Source: an uncultured bacterium (GTDB lineage: Bacteria > Patescibacteriota > Minisyncoccia > Phycocordibacterales > UBA1006). Taken from it: DNA of 24,274 bases. The stretch covers positions 1 to 24,274 of the forward strand of contig CAIXMG010000047.1 in assembly GCA_903920485.1 (NCBI GenBank). The letters run 5' to 3'. Under the pieces are notes generated by a model, which was not told the origin of the DNA, ran no database searches, and saw nothing but the letters and a program-made list of their open reading frames with translations. Position 1 is the first letter of the stretch, and every line of letters starts with the position of its first letter. The translations under genes were made by a program, and so were the position numbers. Below are positions 15,583 to 22,479 of this stretch, one piece after another.

Positions 15583-15831
15583 ATGAAGAAAATACTCAAA
15601 ACAATCGCATTTGGTCTGGTGGCCCTGATGATGGTTATGGGGATCGCCCAGCCTGCACTGGCATCGCGGTCGTACTATACCAATTCGTCCCACAAGCAGG
15701 TCCATGTTCCTGTCTATCGAACGCGCGCTCCCGCTGGTTCATCGGCTGAATGTCGTGACGGATCTTATAGTTACAGCCAGCACCGACAGGGAACGTGTTC
15801 CCGCCACGGAGGAGTGGCAACGTGGTTATAG
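15583..15831 (+). CDS. Secreted DUF3761-domain protein
   Basis: Signal peptide, then PAGSSAECRDGSYSYSQHRQGTCSRHGGVATW. TATACT lies 8 nt upstream of ATG 15583. Confidence 0.85.
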   Translation: MKKILKTIAFGLVALMMVMGIAQPALASRSYYTNSSHKQVHVPVYRTRAPAGSSAECRDGSYSYSQHRQGTCSRHGGVATWL

Positions 15832-15834
15832 AAT

Positions 15835-16275
15835 ATGAATATTCGACCTCTTATAAAAGACGATCTTCCTGCGTGCGCAGCTATCCTTGAAAGGGCTTAT
15901 TCGAAAGCTCCTCACAACGAAATTTTCAAGGAGGGAAATGCGACGGCTTACCTTGAGAACAAGTTTGTTTCTTCCAAGGATTCCTCGTTCGTATCTCTTG
16001 ATGACACGGGCAAGATTACAGGTTTTATCCTGTTTAATATTTCAACATGGGCAAATGGAAAGCAGGCCGTTCTCGAGGAAATTGTTGTTGATCCGGAATA
16101 TCAAAATAAAGGCATTGGAAAATCCCTCGTGGAATACGGAGATACTTTTTTGAAAGGAAACGGCGTTTCCTCGACGATGCTGTGGGCAAAGAAAGACGAA
16201 GGTCTCATTCATTTTTACGAGAATCAGGGTTTTTCAGTAGCGGGTGACTTTGTTGTGATGTTCAAAAACGACTAG
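15835..16275 (+). CDS. GNAT family N-acetyltransferase
   Basis: Acetyl-CoA motif LEEIVVDPEYQNKGIGKSLV and FYENQGF. Starts 3 nt after the DUF3761 stop. Confidence 0.9.
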   Translation: MNIRPLIKDDLPACAAILERAYSKAPHNEIFKEGNATAYLENKFVSSKDSSFVSLDDTGKITGFILFNISTWANGKQAVLEEIVVDPEYQNKGIGKSLVEYGDTFLKGNGVSSTMLWAKKDEGLIHFYENQGFSVAGDFVVMFKND

Positions 16276-16469
16276 TGGCCCGTTTTACCTTGTACTTCGA
16301 TTTCAACTTTCTCCAACTTTCTCTCGATGCCAGTAAGCCGTTTGTCCATAGTCTCCAGCAGGGTTTCAATCTTTGAGAATTTTCCCGAGGCACCCCAAGC
16401 AAGCGCCACGATGGTGCCAAAAATTCCCAGAAGCCAAGGCCATTCGATTGTTATCAATATCTGTTGCAT
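16272..16469 (-). CDS. Small single-TM protein with coiled-coil tail (65 aa)
   Basis: WPWLLGIFGTIVALAWGAS followed by a heptad pattern. TGCTACGAT lies 6 nt upstream of ATG 16469. Confidence 0.7.
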   Translation of the reverse strand: MQQILITIEWPWLLGIFGTIVALAWGASGKFSKIETLLETMDKRLTGIERKLEKVEIEVQGKTGH

Positions 16470-16545
16470 ATTAAAATCGTAGCACAAGGAGATAAAGTTT
16501 CTATAAAGATATTTGCATATTTATTTCCCATGCTATAATCCGCCC

Positions 16546-17778
16546 ATGTTCAAGTCCATGACCCGTGATCAGAAGGTGATGCTGCTGATCCTTACCCTCA
16601 TCAACTTGTTGAATTACCTCGATCGTCAGGTTGTGTTCCCGCTGTTCGACATGCTGAAGGTGCAGTTTCATCTGTCCGACTTCAGTCTCGGCGTTTTGGG
16701 TACGGCATTTCTTTTGGTGCAGTCACTTGCCGCATTCCCGATGGGAGTTCTTGCGGATCGGTTCAGCCGTCGTGCCGTTATCGGAGCCGGTGTCGCCTTC
16801 TGGAGCATCGCGACGTTCGCGTCGGGGCTTGCCAACAGCTTCGGCGTTCTGCTGGGGATCCGTTCGGCCGTCGGAATCGGCGAGGCAAGTTACGCGCCCG
16901 CGGCCGTTGCCATCATCAGCGACAACTTTCCGCCGGAAACGAATGCGCAGGTCCAAGGTTTCTTCAACGTGGGCATGCTGATCGGTGGAACACTCGGGGC
17001 CGTCATCGGGGGGCTGGTCGCTTTTTATACCAACAACTGGCGTCTGGCGTTTTTTATCGTCTCGATACCCGGATTCGTGTTGGCATACCTAGTGCTTCGC
17101 ATCAAGGACAAGCGGTTGGTCCATCACGAACCGAAGGTTCCCCTTACGACCCTTCTCGCCAACAAGGCGTTTTTGTGGATCATTGTAAGCGGAACGTTGG
17201 TATCGTTTGCGACCGGCGCATTCATCACGTGGGGCGTGGAATTCATCAGCCGTTACAAGGACTACAACGTGCGCGACGCGGCCCTCATTCTGGGAATCGG
17301 CATGATGATCGCCAGCACGATCGGCGTGCTGGCGGGTTCGCGTTTGGCGGACTGGCTGCACGCGAGATATGCATGGGGACGAAGCATTGTCGTGGCGCTG
17401 TCGCTGATGGTCGCGGCGCCTCTTATGTACTTCGGACTTGAAGATACCGGCAAGGCGGCCTTTCTCTTTTTCTTCTTCACGGGTGCGATTTTCCTGGCGG
17501 TCTACTTGGGCCCCGTCACAGCCGTCCTTCATGACGTCGTCCCAAAACAATTTCGCGCCTCGGCATTCGGAATCTATGCGCTGTTTATTCACCTTTTGGG
17601 CGAGGCATTCGCACCCGCCATCATCGGCATCATTTCGGATGCCCACGGTCTTCGGGCAGGGCTTGAATTCTCAACCTTCTTCGTATTCCTTTCGGGCCTC
17701 TGCTTTCTTCCGGTGGCGTTCATCATCGCCAGGAACCACCAACGTTCAAGCGGTGACGTGCTCGAGGCTGCTTCCTGA
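16546..17778 (+). CDS. MFS transporter, spinster-like
   Basis: LINLLNYLDRQ, GVLADRFSRR, RSAVGIGEASYAPAAVAIISDNFP, HLLGEAFAPAIIGIISD. TGCTATAAT lies 6 nt upstream of ATG 16546. Confidence 0.88.
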   Translation: MFKSMTRDQKVMLLILTLINLLNYLDRQVVFPLFDMLKVQFHLSDFSLGVLGTAFLLVQSLAAFPMGVLADRFSRRAVIGAGVAFWSIATFASGLANSFGVLLGIRSAVGIGEASYAPAAVAIISDNFPPETNAQVQGFFNVGMLIGGTLGAVIGGLVAFYTNNWRLAFFIVSIPGFVLAYLVLRIKDKRLVHHEPKVPLTTLLANKAFLWIIVSGTLVSFATGAFITWGVEFISRYKDYNVRDAALILGIGMMIASTIGVLAGSRLADWLHARYAWGRSIVVALSLMVAAPLMYFGLEDTGKAAFLFFFFTGAIFLAVYLGPVTAVLHDVVPKQFRASAFGIYALFIHLLGEAFAPAIIGIISDAHGLRAGLEFSTFFVFLSGLCFLPVAFIIARNHQRSSGDVLEAAS

Positions 17779-17811
17779 TTTCGTGCTACACTACGGGCGT
17801 CATTCCTATTT

Positions 17812-18972
17812 ATGCAGAAACCATCCCCCAACAACCAGAAGCACCCCTTCAGACTTAATTTTTTCGGCAAGACCCTCGTCGGGGTCGTTTTGGTCGTGAT
17901 CGTGGGTGTGGGTTACTTCTTTTTCTCTCGTACGGGCGATGCTCAGACGGCGCCTGTTACGGTTTTCTCTGCGACGGTTGCGCAGACGGCGCCGGCACCG
18001 CAGGTGCCGGCGCTTGATATCGTGGCTTACGATGCGAAAATGCTTCAGCTCGCGAACAACCCCGTTCCGAAGGCTTCCGCTTCCAGTGCAAGTACGGCTG
18101 GCACGGCAACTTCGGCTTCGACGGCCGCGACCGCAAAGCCCCCCAAGCCAACCCTGTGGCCGGTTCATGCCGTTTATCCGAATGCCGGGGCGCTGTTACC
18201 GTTTAATCGTATCGTCGCTTTTTATGGGAATTTCTATTCAAAGGGGATGGGAATCCTCGGGCAGTATCCCCCCGATGTCGTTCTTGCGAAACTTACCGCT
18301 GACGTGCAGGCATGGCAAGCGGCCGATCCTACCACCCCGGTCATTCCTGCAATCCACTATATCGCAACAACGGCGCAAAAGTATCCAGGCGCTGACGGCA
18401 AGCACATCCTCCGAATGCCGTTCAGCCAAATCGACAAGGCGATCGCCCTTGCCAACCAGGCTCACGCGATCGTGTTCCTTGACGTTCAGCTGGGGCAGAG
18501 CAACGTGCAGACCGAGTTGCCTCTGCTTGCAAAATATCTGGCCATGCCCCAGGTTCACTTGGGACTTGATCCTGAATTTGCCATGAAGCCTGGGCAAGTT
18601 CCGGGCACCGTCGTCGGGACGATGGACGCGAAGGATATCAACTGGGCTGCGCAGTATCTTGCCAAGATCGTCCGCGACAACAACCTGCCGCCGAAGATCC
18701 TCATCGTGCACCGATTCACGCAGGACATGGTGACGAATGCGAAACTTATCACGCCACTTCCCGAAGTGCAGATCGTCATGAACATGGACGGATGGGGAAC
18801 GCCCGACCACAAGATCACAACCTACCGAAACATAATCTATCCGCAGCCGGTCCAGTTCACGGGTTTCAAGCTCTTCTACCACAATGACTTGCAAAAGCCG
18901 AGCATGCGCCTGATGACGCCTGCCGAGATCCTGAAATTGCGTCCGCAGCCGAGCTATATCCAATACCAATAA
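17812..18972 (+). CDS. Membrane-anchored conserved hypothetical protein with Ala/Ser/Thr/Pro linker and globular C-domain
   Basis: One N-terminal TM, a low-complexity linker, then RIVAFYGN, HLGLDPEF, VHRFT and MNMDGWG motifs. Confidence 0.85.
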   Translation: MQKPSPNNQKHPFRLNFFGKTLVGVVLVVIVGVGYFFFSRTGDAQTAPVTVFSATVAQTAPAPQVPALDIVAYDAKMLQLANNPVPKASASSASTAGTATSASTAATAKPPKPTLWPVHAVYPNAGALLPFNRIVAFYGNFYSKGMGILGQYPPDVVLAKLTADVQAWQAADPTTPVIPAIHYIATTAQKYPGADGKHILRMPFSQIDKAIALANQAHAIVFLDVQLGQSNVQTELPLLAKYLAMPQVHLGLDPEFAMKPGQVPGTVVGTMDAKDINWAAQYLAKIVRDNNLPPKILIVHRFTQDMVTNAKLITPLPEVQIVMNMDGWGTPDHKITTYRNIIYPQPVQFTGFKLFYHNDLQKPSMRLMTPAEILKLRPQPSYIQYQ

Positions 18973-18997
18973 AAATGCACGCGAGTGCGTTTTTATT
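18968..18997. terminator. Intrinsic terminator
   Basis: AATAAAAATGCAC-GCGA-GTGCGTTTTTATT. Confidence 0.85.
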
Positions 18998-19078
18998 TCA
19001 AAAAGATGTTGACAGACGGTTTTTAGGGAGTAGGCTGGAGGGTGAGGCCTATTTCTTTAATTCATAATCTCTTTCCAT

Positions 19079-19279
19079 ATGAGAAAAATCATCCTACCCA
19101 GTACGGCTACCGTGCTTCATCTCACCTGGGGCATCACGGGATGCCATAGCCGGTTTCTCTACGATGCTATTTTTGTCGTCGTAATCCTATGGCTTGCGAC
19201 GCTGGTTCTCTCAAGATATGAACACCACCTTTTCTTTCGGGTGTTTCGTTCGCCCCAGTACTACCGACGAACCCTGTAA
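19079..19279 (+). CDS. Small hypothetical membrane peptide (66 aa)
   Basis: Preceded by TTGACA (19009-19014)-16-TAGGCT and followed by hairpin AAGGCCC-ACA-GGGCCTT-TT (19295-19313). One hydrophobic stretch. Confidence 0.5.
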   Translation: MRKIILPSTATVLHLTWGITGCHSRFLYDAIFVVVILWLATLVLSRYEHHLFFRVFRSPQYYRRTL

Positions 19280-19377
19280 GATAAGCTCTTTTTTAAGGCC
19301 CACAGGGCCTTTTGTTTTTCCAGGATTTGATTTGCGTAAATAAAAATTGTCGTGGTAAAATGAAGCTACAAAAACAT

Positions 19378-19620
19378 ATGACAATGGGCTCACCAAAAAT
19401 GAATCACGGTCCTGAACTTGGGTTTCCTATGACCCCTGATGGTTCTTTCGAATCTCCCGAACAGCGAATGGAACGCGAACGGGCAGAAATTGCCCTGGAC
19501 TGCAGGGTTCCGGTAGACGCGGTCAAAAGAACTCCACAAGGAACATGGGAAGTTCTCGGTTTCTCCCCTGAAGCCTTCAAACAAGTTTACGAGAAGGACG
19601 GGGAATACGGCAAAAATTAA
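19378..19620 (+). CDS. Small hypothetical protein (80 aa)
   Basis: TGGTAAAAT (19353-19361) lies upstream with an A-rich leader. Terminator TACCCGT...ACGGGTA-TTTTT at 19622-19655. Confidence 0.65.
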   Translation: MTMGSPKMNHGPELGFPMTPDGSFESPEQRMERERAEIALDCRVPVDAVKRTPQGTWEVLGFSPEAFKQVYEKDGEYGKN

Positions 19621-19661
19621 GTACCCGTTTGCTTACCTATAGGACGGGTATTTTTGTTGCA

Positions 19662-19687
19662 TAAAAAAGAAGGCCTACGGGCCTTCT
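19662..19687 (-). terminator. Intrinsic terminator of the methyltransferase gene
   Basis: AGAAGGCC-TACG-GGCCTTCT with a minus-strand T tract. Confidence 0.8.
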
Positions 19688-19704
19688 GTGAGATTGTTTC
19701 CGGG

Positions 19705-20367
19705 TTACTTTTTCTCGAGTAACAACGAATAGTTTCTGAGGACGATGCCACCTTGGAGTCCGTCCCCGTCCCAGTCGTAATGACTCAGGAGTTCGAACCC
19801 CATTTCTTCCAACCGATCGCCAAGCCGACTGAAAGAGTGAGCATACATAGCAACGTCATCGTCATCGAGGACGATGCTGTCCTTTGATTCCTGCTGATGA
19901 GCCATGACGTCAAAGCCCAGCAAGCCGCCTCTCCTAAGCATCCTGTGAGATTCCTTGAGAAGGTTCTCATAAGAACAAAGATAGGAGACGGTCATCGAAG
20001 AGATGACCGCAGATGCCGTAAATGATGAAACATGGATTGCGTCCGTTTCCAAATTCGCGAGTTGCGTGGTGACAGGAAGGCGGTGGATGCTGAAGTCTTC
20101 TTTGAGAAAATCAAGCATGCGCGATGTCCCGTCCACGGCAAAACATTCAGTAAATAAAAAGTTGTTGTAGAAGAACTTGGTAGAAGTGCCAGGACCGCAT
20201 CCCAAATCTACGAGCAGGCCTGAAAGAGAATCTCCAGGTCTTGCTTCTGCTATCAGATGATAAAGGTACTCAGAAGGATTTTCAAAAAGGCCGTTCCACC
20301 ACCGAGAGTAGATGGCAGGGATTGTCCTGTCAGAGCGGGAAAAATGATCGATACTGGATAATTTCAT
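19705..20367 (-). CDS. Class I SAM-dependent methyltransferase
   Basis: Motif I LVDLGCGPG, motif II AVDGTSRML, and LLKESHRMLRRGGLL. Promoter TTGACA (20416-20411)-16-TAATAT with TGT extension. Confidence 0.85.
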   Translation of the reverse strand: MKLSSIDHFSRSDRTIPAIYSRWWNGLFENPSEYLYHLIAEARPGDSLSGLLVDLGCGPGTSTKFFYNNFLFTECFAVDGTSRMLDFLKEDFSIHRLPVTTQLANLETDAIHVSSFTASAVISSMTVSYLCSYENLLKESHRMLRRGGLLGFDVMAHQQESKDSIVLDDDDVAMYAHSFSRLGDRLEEMGFELLSHYDWDGDGLQGGIVLRNYSLLLEKK

Positions 20368-20469
20368 ATATTAAATTTTTAGACTTTGATATTAACATAT
20401 ATTGTAAACATGTCAATATCTCTCCTTCCCATATTTTTTCAAGCCGAATTTTTCATGTATACTACTCCC

Positions 20470-21183
20470 ATGCTTTTCATCATTGCCATCCTGGTGTGCG
20501 CCGCGACGTTGTGCGGAGGATTGTTTGCGTTGCGGTACAAGGACCGGTTGCACCTGATCCTCGGATTTTCCGCAGGAGCCGTCATGGGGGTTGCATTTTT
20601 TGACTTGATGCCCGAAGCCATTCAAACGGTCGGCCAAGGCGCTTTTCATGCCTTGGCGTATATCGCCCTGGGCTTCTCGGTTTATATGATCCTCGATCGG
20701 TTCGTCGTCGTTCATTCTCACAGCGAAGACGATCATGACCATCACAATCACAAGCGGGGAATCCTTGGCGCTGGAAGCCTTTCCATTCACAGTTTTTTGG
20801 ACGGACTGGCAATCGGTTTGGCGTTCCAGGTTTCGCACGCATTGGGTGCGGTGATCGCCGTTGCGGTACTCGCCCATGACTTTTCCGACGGCATCAACAC
20901 GGTGAACATGATCCTCAAAAACGGAGGCAGTCGGGTTCGCGCATTTCGGTTCCTGTTGATCGACGCTTTGGCTCCTGTACTGGGTATTGTCGTCACGCTC
21001 CTTTTCCATGTCCCTGAGCATATTCTGGGAATCATCCTTGCCGTCTTCGCAGGATTTTTCCTGTACATCGGCGCCAGCGACCTGCTTCCCGAAAGCCATC
21101 ACGCGCATCCGGCGGCCTGGACGACGATCAGCACACTTCTGGGAATGCTGTTTCTCTACGGCGTGATTCGCATTGCGGGATAA
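20470..21183 (+). CDS. ZIP/ZupT family divalent metal transporter
   Basis: ILGFSAGAVMGVAFFDLMPEA, His-rich loop HSHSEDDHDHHNH, HSFLDG, HDFSDG, LLPE. TATACT (20458-20463) lies 6 nt upstream of ATG 20470. Confidence 0.9.
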   Translation: MLFIIAILVCAATLCGGLFALRYKDRLHLILGFSAGAVMGVAFFDLMPEAIQTVGQGAFHALAYIALGFSVYMILDRFVVVHSHSEDDHDHHNHKRGILGAGSLSIHSFLDGLAIGLAFQVSHALGAVIAVAVLAHDFSDGINTVNMILKNGGSRVRAFRFLLIDALAPVLGIVVTLLFHVPEHILGIILAVFAGFFLYIGASDLLPESHHAHPAAWTTISTLLGMLFLYGVIRIAG

Positions 21184-21200
21184 GGTATACTTTGTCGCAT

Positions 21201-21452
21201 ATGACCATCAGAATTCCGAATCCGTCCCGTTCCCGCGCGTTATTCATCATCGATATCCAGCCAGGATTCGTTCTTAAGCATTCGCATATGATTCCGAACG
21301 TGGTCTCACTTATCAAGGAAGGGGGTTACGACAGGTTCGTCCTTGCCGAATTCCATGCGGATCCCGGGGATGAGTTGGCCGACCTTCGCAGGAGGGCTGC
21401 TGATCTTCGCGGGGACCGCAATTGTCATCAAGTTTGGATAAAAAATCCTTGA
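21201..21452 (+). pseudogene. Truncated isochorismatase-family gene fused out of frame to the 3' end of a membrane-protein gene
   Basis: ALFIIDIQPGF catalytic-Asp motif, then loss of similarity after EFHADPG (about 21368). The +1 frame from 21370 reads MSWPTFAGGLLIFAGTAIVIKFG*. Confidence 0.7.
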
Positions 21453-21624
21453 AAATCGTCCCTTACATTCAATTTATTGTCAAACGCTTAAAAACCCTTA
21501 CAAATAAAGGCTAGAAAGCGATTTTGGGGTAAAATTGGCCAATAAGGCATTTTTCAGAAAAAGTTAAATTCCTTATAAAATAAGGCTCAGTTTCCAAAAA
21601 ACTGCAAAATACCACAAAAAATGC

Positions 21625-21653
21625 TTGACGGGAAGAGTAATCCATGCTAGACT
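21625..21653 (+). promoter_or_regulatory. Strong sigma70-type promoter with phased upstream A-tracts
   Basis: TTGACG-17-TAGACT with TGC extension. A-tracts start at 21596, 21606 and 21616. Confidence 0.75.
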
Positions 21654-21707
21654 ATGTACGTCCTGAAATACAGGGCATTTTTCTTCCAAATCTTTGTCCA
21701 GATGGAA

Positions 21708-21749
21708 TTTCTCCCCTTGCTAAGGGGAGATGCCTGAAAGGCAGAGGGG
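21708..21749. repeat. 42-bp REP-like double-hairpin element in a 5' leader
   Basis: TCTCCCCTT-GCT-AAGGGGAGA (9-bp perfect stem) plus TGCCT-GAA-AGGCA plus GAGGGG, flanked by TGGAA at 21703-21707 and 21750-21754. Confidence 0.55.
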
Positions 21750-21795
21750 TGGAAACAATCCTTCCGTGACGTTCGACGAAGCGTAATCGTCATCT

Positions 21796-22425
21796 ATGTC
21801 CAAACATTTCAACGTCTTCCGTCAAATAGTGCTTGGGTACATCCTCATCGTCGGTCTGTGTGTCGGATTAATAACCCCGGTCGCACAAGCAGAGGCACCA
21901 ATTGACAATTCATATAGCAGCGCCACTGGAGCCCCTGTCTTGGTTGACGGCCTTACCGTAGACCAACGGGCGGACAAAATTGACGCATTCTTCGCCTCAC
22001 GAGGGGACCTTCCTCTTATCGGATACGGCCATACCATGGTCGAAGATGCTGATAAGTATGGGATCGACTGGAAGCTTGTTGCGGGACTTTCCTACAACGA
22101 GTCTACGGCCGGACTTCACGAGTGCCCCGCCAAGCATGGCGTAAAAACCTATAACGCGTTCGGGTACGACGGTTGTGACATGGCCTTTAAGAGTTATGCC
22201 GATGCCATCGATACGGTGTCACGAGACCTGGCCGGGCAGATTCCTGCTACCGCCAAGGCTTATGCCAACAAGTCGATCGCTCAGATCATCAACACGTATA
22301 ATCCTCCGTCCGCGAACCCCGATTACAAGTCAAACGTGCTTTGGACGATGAACAAGATCGCTTCTACTGACATTACGTCATGGGTAGCATCTGCCCCATC
22401 AGCCAGCCAGCTTGCCATCAAGTAA
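21796..22425 (+). CDS. Secreted/anchored lysozyme-like (GH73/GH23-like) putative peptidoglycan hydrolase
   Basis: N-terminal hydrophobic signal. ADKYGIDWKLVAGLSYNES carries the catalytic-Glu helix motif; YNAFGY and a C-terminal Y..NV pattern also fit. Confidence 0.7.
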   Translation: MSKHFNVFRQIVLGYILIVGLCVGLITPVAQAEAPIDNSYSSATGAPVLVDGLTVDQRADKIDAFFASRGDLPLIGYGHTMVEDADKYGIDWKLVAGLSYNESTAGLHECPAKHGVKTYNAFGYDGCDMAFKSYADAIDTVSRDLAGQIPATAKAYANKSIAQIINTYNPPSANPDYKSNVLWTMNKIASTDITSWVASAPSASQLAIK

Positions 22426-22432
22426 TCATGTG

Positions 22433-22460
22433 AAAAGCCAATCCTGAGGATTGGCTTTTT
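22433..22460. terminator. Bidirectional intrinsic terminator
   Basis: AAAAGCCAATCC-TGA-GGATTGGCTTTT, 12-bp perfect stem. Confidence 0.9.
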
Positions 22461-22479
22461 GCGTTTGACAGTAAGACGA

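Noticed and set aside
18060-18160. Ala/Ser/Thr-rich repeats here and at about 23630-23740 as tandem repeats or arrays
   Set aside because: Protein-level low-complexity linkers without nucleotide periodicity.
19629-19643. 15-nt loop TTGCTTACCTATAGG in the terminator as a decayed REP insert
   Set aside because: No second copy or clear core motif in the window, so it cannot be supported.
21441-21624. oriC or dif site in the AT-rich gap
   Set aside because: No TTATCCACA clusters and no XerC/XerD arm pair. The only DnaA-like box is a 7/9 match at 23074-23082.
21654-21795. Assignment as a c-di-AMP (ydaO) or c-di-GMP riboswitch
   Set aside because: The gene context is suggestive, but I cannot find the conserved consensus blocks. 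Left unnamed pending cmscan.
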